In this document: in pieces, positions 34,188 through 40,155 of the stretch
Position numbering within the stretch: the first letter of the stretch is position 1
Layout of the letters: each line of letters begins with the position of its first letter
DNA from: Kofleriaceae bacterium
GTDB lineage: Bacteria > Myxococcota_A > Polyangia > Haliangiales > Haliangiaceae
DNA: 40,155 nucleotides
Assembly (NCBI GenBank): GCA_046597055.1
Contig: JBKJLC010000158.1
Location: 1 to 40,155 of the forward strand
Direction of reading: 5' to 3'
The notes under the pieces: generated by a model
What the model was told of the DNA's origin: nothing
What the model saw: only the letters and a program-made list of their open reading frames with translations
Database searches by the model: none
Translations under genes and position numbers: made by a program

Positions 34188-35387
34188 TCAGAGTCCGTCG
34201 CAGGTCATGGCGGCCGCGACGATGTGACACCTCAGGCACAGCCGCTGGTTCTTCCGCGCGAGCGCCTCGCACCGCGCGCTGCCCCGCCAGGCCGGACCGT
34301 GCGGCGAGATGCGCATACGTGCGGATGGCTCGGCGGTATGGCACTCACGGCAGAAGTCTTCACGGTGGCAGGAGGCGCACTGGGGCAGGTTCTTCTGGGC
34401 CTCTCGGGCGTGGCTGTCGGGCCCACCGGCGTCGGCCCACCCTGGGGGGTGGAACCGGCCGCTGTTGCCGGCCCGAAAAAACCCACTCTCGGCGCGGACC
34501 CCGATGCCGCTGCGCTCGTGGCACCCGACGCAGAAGGTCTGCGGGCGATGGCAGGTGCTGCACTCGGGCACGCCGCGCCGGGCCTCGACCGCATGCCAGG
34601 TGACGTAATCACCGGCGTGGAAGTCCATCGGCTTGATCACGCCCAGATGACAGTCGGCGCAGAAGCGCTCCTCGTGGCAGCTCGCGCAGGCGCGTGGCTC
34701 GCTGCGCGCGATCTGATCGTGGTCGAACCGGAAATTGGCATCGTGGGCGGCGCCGGTGACCCCGCCCGTCGGGGTCAGGTGGCCGTCGGGCAGATCGGTG
34801 CGGACCCGGCCGCCTGGCGTGGCGAGATGACAGGTCGTGCACGCGTCCGCGGCCCGGACCCCATCGTGGCAGCCGAGACACTGTGCCATCGACGGCAGGT
34901 GGTCGCGGGTGGCGAGGCCGACGCCGTCCTTCGCCAGATCGCCATGGCAGGTCTGGCACGCCGTCGACGCGTGGGCGGCATGACTGAACTTGAGGTTGGG
35001 CGCCGGGATGGACACCCGCGCGACCCGCGTCGGCGACGTCGGATCGAAGCCGGGGTGACACGCGAGGCACGACGCGGCCGGCGCGCCCGCGACGACCTTG
35101 GCGAACACGGCCCGGTCGATCGGATGACAGGCGCGACAGGCGGCCTCGCCGGGCGTCAGCAGATCGACCGCCGAGCGCGAGGTGGTCGCACGGTCGTGGC
35201 AGTCGATGCACGCCGCGCCGCGGGCCAGGTGGACCGCGTGCGAGAACCGCAGCGGTAGCGCCTGCGCCGGGTACACCACCGGCGATGGCCCGCCGGCAGC
35301 GCGCGAGCCCGTCAGCGTGAGCACCGCCGCGAGCGCGGCCGAGGCGCAAAGCAGCAACAGGAACGAGGAGCGGCGCGAGTCAGGCAC
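34188..35387 (-). CDS. Multiheme cytochrome c (13 CxxCH motifs, c3-like N-terminal half)
   Basis: CIDCH, CRACH, CLACH, CQTCH, CLGCH, CTTCH, CASCH, CADCH, CSTCH, CVGCH, CASCH, CRECH, CLRCH; FSHxxH motifs; N-terminal signal peptide; GTG 35387. Confidence 0.93.
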   Translation of the reverse strand: MPDSRRSSFLLLLCASAALAAVLTLTGSRAAGGPSPVVYPAQALPLRFSHAVHLARGAACIDCHDRATTSRSAVDLLTPGEAACRACHPIDRAVFAKVVAGAPAASCLACHPGFDPTSPTRVARVSIPAPNLKFSHAAHASTACQTCHGDLAKDGVGLATRDHLPSMAQCLGCHDGVRAADACTTCHLATPGGRVRTDLPDGHLTPTGGVTGAAHDANFRFDHDQIARSEPRACASCHEERFCADCHLGVIKPMDFHAGDYVTWHAVEARRGVPECSTCHRPQTFCVGCHERSGIGVRAESGFFRAGNSGRFHPPGWADAGGPDSHAREAQKNLPQCASCHREDFCRECHTAEPSARMRISPHGPAWRGSARCEALARKNQRLCLRCHIVAAAMTCDGL

Positions 35388-35389
35388 GG

Positions 35390-37033
35390 TCAGAGCTCCG
35401 GCTCGAAGGCGAGGTCGAGCACGGTCAGGGCCCGCGCCTGTAGCGACGCGTAGGGCCCGCCCGCGAGCTCGATCTGGGCGTGGAGGGCGATGCCAGAATC
35501 GATCGCCCAGTCGGCGCCGAGCTGGCCGACCGCGCGCGCGCCGTCGAGCGTGTCGCGCAGGTCGCGGTCGCCGTCGACCGTGAGCGCACCGAGCCGGGCG
35601 GTCACCGCCAGCGCGGGGGTCGATTGCCAGCGGGTCGCGACGGTCGCGCCGAGCCGGCGGCCGCCGTAGCCATCGTCGCCGACCAGGTCGAGACGGGCGC
35701 GCACGCGCCCGGTCAGGTCGAGCTCGCCGCCGGCGCGGACCCCGGCGACCCAGGCATCGGTCGCGGCGGTGCCGGCGGGATCGCTCGGCAGATCGTAGCG
35801 GCGCAGCCAGCCGGTCGCGAACGCGCGGTGGCGGCCGTGGCGGGGCGCGAGATCGGTGGTGAGCCGCAGGTCGGTGGCCGCACCGACCACGAACACGTTG
35901 AACAGCGAGTCGCCGTCGAAGGTCGGCACCGAGCGCGCGACCTCGGGCTCGATCGCCCACGCGCCCCGGCGCGCGCGCACCCCGGCGCCGGCCTCGTCCA
36001 CCACCGCGTGCAGCAACGAGTAGCGCGCCTGCGCCCACGGCTCGAGCTCGATCGGACCGGCCTGGGCCCGCACCCGCCCGACCAGCGCGACGTGCTCCTC
36101 GTCGATGCCCCACGCCGGGGCCTGCCCGAGCTCGTCGGGATACACGCCGGTGTCGGGGTGATCGAGGCGATCAACCGTGCCGATCAGGCCGGGCGTGCGC
36201 GACTGGCTGCGGCGATACGACAGGCGGCCGTGGATCCGCTGCCGGCGCTCGGTCTCGACCGCGACGCCGAAGGTCGGAGTCGCGGCCTCGCGCTCCGGGC
36301 AGTAGGTCGTGTCGGCGCCGAACGGATTGTCGCCGGGCGCCCGGCTGCGATCGACGATCTGCCAGCTGCCGGTGCTCGGGGTCGGGCCCTCGACGTACTC
36401 GGTGCAGTCGGCGCCGCTGGTCCCGTCGAGGTCGAGGTTGGCCGGGCCCAGCGGGGAGCGCTCGCGGACCCGCACGCCGGCGACCGCCTCGACCGCGAGC
36501 CGCCACGGCGTGTGCACCCGCGCGGTGAGGCCGTCGACCGCCCACCAGTCGAGGGCGTCGACCGAGAGCTGCCGGCCGATCCGCAGATCCACCCGGTCGC
36601 CGAGGCCATCGATCGCGACGTATCCATAGAGCAGCTCGATCCCGAGGCTGGACGCCGCCAGCTCGGGGATCGCGTCGATCGCCGACACCTCGCGGTCGTC
36701 GACCCGCAGCGCGCCGAGGGTCCAGTCACCGAAGTCGTGCTCGAGCCGCAGGTGGGTCGTCATCCAGACCACCGGCCCCGACCGCGCCAGCGCGGGCCGG
36801 TCGCGGAGGCGCTTGCGGCGCAGGTCGCCGATGTCCCAGATGCTCAGCGTCAGGCTCTGGCTGAACCGGCGCCGCGCCAGCCAGACATCGGCGCCGAGCA
36901 GCCGCAGCGACGGCAGCTGGTAGGCCTGGCCCACCGTGCGGGTCGCGATCTCGTACTCGTACGCGCCGGCGTCACGAAGAGGGGCGAGGCTCACGGCCCC
37001 GACGAGGCCCGCGAGCGCGACTGCGCGACGCAC
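35390..37033 (-). CDS. Putative outer-membrane beta-barrel (porin-like) protein
   Basis: Signal peptide ending AGA-Y; many amphipathic strands (VDLRIGRQ, GRLSYRR, GVRAGGELDL, GQLGADWAI, LTVLDLAF). Ends 2 nt before the cytochrome start. Confidence 0.7.
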   Translation of the reverse strand: MRRAVALAGLVGAVSLAPLRDAGAYEYEIATRTVGQAYQLPSLRLLGADVWLARRRFSQSLTLSIWDIGDLRRKRLRDRPALARSGPVVWMTTHLRLEHDFGDWTLGALRVDDREVSAIDAIPELAASSLGIELLYGYVAIDGLGDRVDLRIGRQLSVDALDWWAVDGLTARVHTPWRLAVEAVAGVRVRERSPLGPANLDLDGTSGADCTEYVEGPTPSTGSWQIVDRSRAPGDNPFGADTTYCPEREAATPTFGVAVETERRQRIHGRLSYRRSQSRTPGLIGTVDRLDHPDTGVYPDELGQAPAWGIDEEHVALVGRVRAQAGPIELEPWAQARYSLLHAVVDEAGAGVRARRGAWAIEPEVARSVPTFDGDSLFNVFVVGAATDLRLTTDLAPRHGRHRAFATGWLRRYDLPSDPAGTAATDAWVAGVRAGGELDLTGRVRARLDLVGDDGYGGRRLGATVATRWQSTPALAVTARLGALTVDGDRDLRDTLDGARAVGQLGADWAIDSGIALHAQIELAGGPYASLQARALTVLDLAFEPEL

Positions 37034-37045
37034 GCCGCGACGGTA

Positions 37046-38923
37046 TCACCGGTTGACCGCGATCGTCTCGATCGCGACCGCGCCGCCGAGCGCGGCGACG
37101 CCGATCCGGCCGGGCCCGAGATCGCCAGCGTCGCAGGTCAGCACCAGGCGCCCACCGGCGGCGACCCGCACGGTCGATCCGCGCACCTCGACCGTGACGG
37201 TCGCCGGGTCGTCCATCGCCGGGACCTGGTCACCGCCGCACAGGGTCGCGACCGCACCGTCCGCGTGGCGGTCGAGGTGGGCTGGCTGGCCGGGCACGAT
37301 GACCGCGCGGTGGTGGTGGGCGGCGTCGACGAAGCCGAGCAGCACCGCGACGCCCGCGTTCGCGCTCGACGCGGTCAGCTCGACCCGCAGATCGCGGCCG
37401 ACCACGCCGCCGATCACCGCCCAGCTGGCGCCGCCGCTCGCCGGTTCGCGCAGGCTCCACGCCGGGGTCTGGGTGACCCCGCCGGGATCGAGCGGCGTGA
37501 GCGCGGGCGCGCTGGCCTCGTCGGCGGGCACCACCGTCAGCGATCCGGCGAGCGGCCCGAGCAGCGGTGGCCGAAACCGCCAGGCGCGGTCGTCGGCGCC
37601 GCCGTCGCTGCCGCCGACGATCAGCACGCTGCCGTCGTCGAGTCGGATCGCGGCGTGGCCACCGGGCAGCGCCGGCGCGGCCGGATCGTTGGGACCGGTC
37701 GGCACGGCGCGCCAGGTCGCCGACGCCGGCCGGTAGCGCAGCGGGGCCCCCCCGCCGAGCGCGAGCACGTGGCCGTCCTCCTGGGTGACCAGCGCGACCC
37801 CGGTCCGCACCGCGGTCGCGGTCAGCGGGACCGCGGCGTCGACCCCGGGGACGATCGCCGCGGCGACGCCCGCCGGGGCCTGGCCGTCGGCTGCAAACGC
37901 GGTGACCAGGCTGCCCGCGTCGAGCGCGGCACCGACCCCTCCGGTCACGGCGAAGCCGACGCCCGGCCCACCGTCGAGCGCCAGCCGCTCGCCAGTGGTG
38001 ACCGCCACACCCTCGGCATCGACCCCGCCGATCAGCACGACCCGCCGGGCGCCATCGAGGCCGACCTCGAGGAACGCCTGCCCGTCCTGGCGGGCGACCG
38101 CGAGCGGCGGTCCGGGCACGATGTCGCCGCTGATCACGTCGAGGATCATCGAGTCGGCGCGGATCTCCTGGCAGCGACCGTCGTCGGCGACCCGCGAGCA
38201 GCCACCCGCGAGCAGCACCCGGGTCGCGTCGAGCGCGACGGCGGCGGCGTGGGAGCGCACCTGGTTCACCAGCACGCCGGATCCGCCGAAGTCGTCACCC
38301 GGCGCATAGATGGCGAAGCCCGAGCGCGGGCCGCTCACCAGCGCGATCCGGTCGTCGGGCAGCGGCACCAGCGCCGCTCCGGCCAGCCCGCGCGGTTCGA
38401 GCAGGCCGCTCGGCAGCGCGACCTCGCGGAAGCTGTCGGTCGCCGGATCGAACAGCTCGGCCGACGCCAGCGGCAGGCCGGTCGGCCCGTAGCCGCCGGC
38501 GATCAGCACGCGATCACCGGTGCGCGCGACCAGGGGCCGGGTCCGCGCGACGGTCATGCGGCCGTCGAGCCGGCAGAACCCGTCGAGCGGCGCCATCGCG
38601 ATGGCCAGCTCGGCGCCGTCGGTGAGCGCGGCCAGCTCGAACCGCGCGGTCTTGCCGACCGCCGCGATCGCGCCGTCGGCGCCCACCACCTCCACCGCGA
38701 GCTGCTCGGTGGTGGCGGGGAGATCGGCGAGCGTCACCGCGGCACCGAGGTCGACCGGGCGGCGCTCGGCGAGGAAGTCACCGAGCGGCGTCACCAGCAG
38801 CGCGCGGGCGCCGAGCGGTCGCGCGCACGTGCCGAAGCGCGGCACCAGCCGGACCTGTGCCGCGTCCTCGCCGCAGCCGGCCGCGGCGAGCGCGGCGACG
38901 GCGACGGCGACCAGGCGCTTCAC
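37046..38923 (-). CDS. Kelch-repeat lipoprotein with C-terminal beta-sandwich
   Basis: GTG 38923, MKRLVAVAVAALAAAGC lipobox; repeats RVLIAGG..AELFDP, RVLLAGG, VVLIGG, HVLALGG, SVLIVGG. Confidence 0.82.
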   Translation of the reverse strand: MKRLVAVAVAALAAAGCGEDAAQVRLVPRFGTCARPLGARALLVTPLGDFLAERRPVDLGAAVTLADLPATTEQLAVEVVGADGAIAAVGKTARFELAALTDGAELAIAMAPLDGFCRLDGRMTVARTRPLVARTGDRVLIAGGYGPTGLPLASAELFDPATDSFREVALPSGLLEPRGLAGAALVPLPDDRIALVSGPRSGFAIYAPGDDFGGSGVLVNQVRSHAAAVALDATRVLLAGGCSRVADDGRCQEIRADSMILDVISGDIVPGPPLAVARQDGQAFLEVGLDGARRVVLIGGVDAEGVAVTTGERLALDGGPGVGFAVTGGVGAALDAGSLVTAFAADGQAPAGVAAAIVPGVDAAVPLTATAVRTGVALVTQEDGHVLALGGGAPLRYRPASATWRAVPTGPNDPAAPALPGGHAAIRLDDGSVLIVGGSDGGADDRAWRFRPPLLGPLAGSLTVVPADEASAPALTPLDPGGVTQTPAWSLREPASGGASWAVIGGVVGRDLRVELTASSANAGVAVLLGFVDAAHHHRAVIVPGQPAHLDRHADGAVATLCGGDQVPAMDDPATVTVEVRGSTVRVAAGGRLVLTCDAGDLGPGRIGVAALGGAVAIETIAVNR

Positions 38924-38929
38924 GCGTGC

Positions 38930-38939
38930 ATGGTACACT
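38930..38939. promoter_or_regulatory. Overlapping back-to-back -10-like hexamers (TACCAT on minus, TACACT on plus) in a 30-bp divergent gap
   Basis: Sequence ATGGTACACT between the kelch and kinase start codons. Confidence 0.5.
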
Positions 38940-38953
38940 CGGCCGCGCACGCG

Positions 38954-40155
<1,202 letters not shown>

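Noticed and set aside
32253..35258. 1001-aa plus-strand ORF
   Set aside because: Antisense to the membrane protein, SOUL and cytochrome genes; Arg/Gly-rich with no motifs.

Overview
A very GC-rich window, most likely from a myxobacterium (inferred from the Hanks-type kinase, PPC/P-domain and kelch lipoproteins, DUF4157 proteins and multiheme cytochrome). The housekeeping genes are amrA, udg, tlpA-like, coaBC, gabD, maeB and infA. The accessory content is more notable. (1) Two giant DUF4157 (eCIS-core/PVC-metallopeptidase-like) proteins lie 22 kb apart and share an N-terminal leader I cannot assign to a family, but their C-termini are unrelated. One ends in a bacterial EndoU-like RNase followed by a probable immunity gene. 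The other carries more than 1000 aa of beta-strand-rich sequence and runs off the left edge; it is absent from the supplied ORF track. (2) A translationally coupled operon encodes an atypical Hsp70, an HPD-less J-like protein and a membrane protein, directly upstream of the toxin; a perfect 19-bp palindrome sits between them. (3) A beta-barrel gene is paired with a 13-heme cytochrome c and followed by a SOUL heme-binding gene, resembling a porin-cytochrome conduit. (4) Several deletion-eroded gene remnants are present. (5) TANNNT hexamers recur 5-6 nt before start codons, suggesting leaderless transcripts. I saw no rRNA, tRNA, CRISPR array or transposase. All family assignments come from motif recognition by eye, not database searches.
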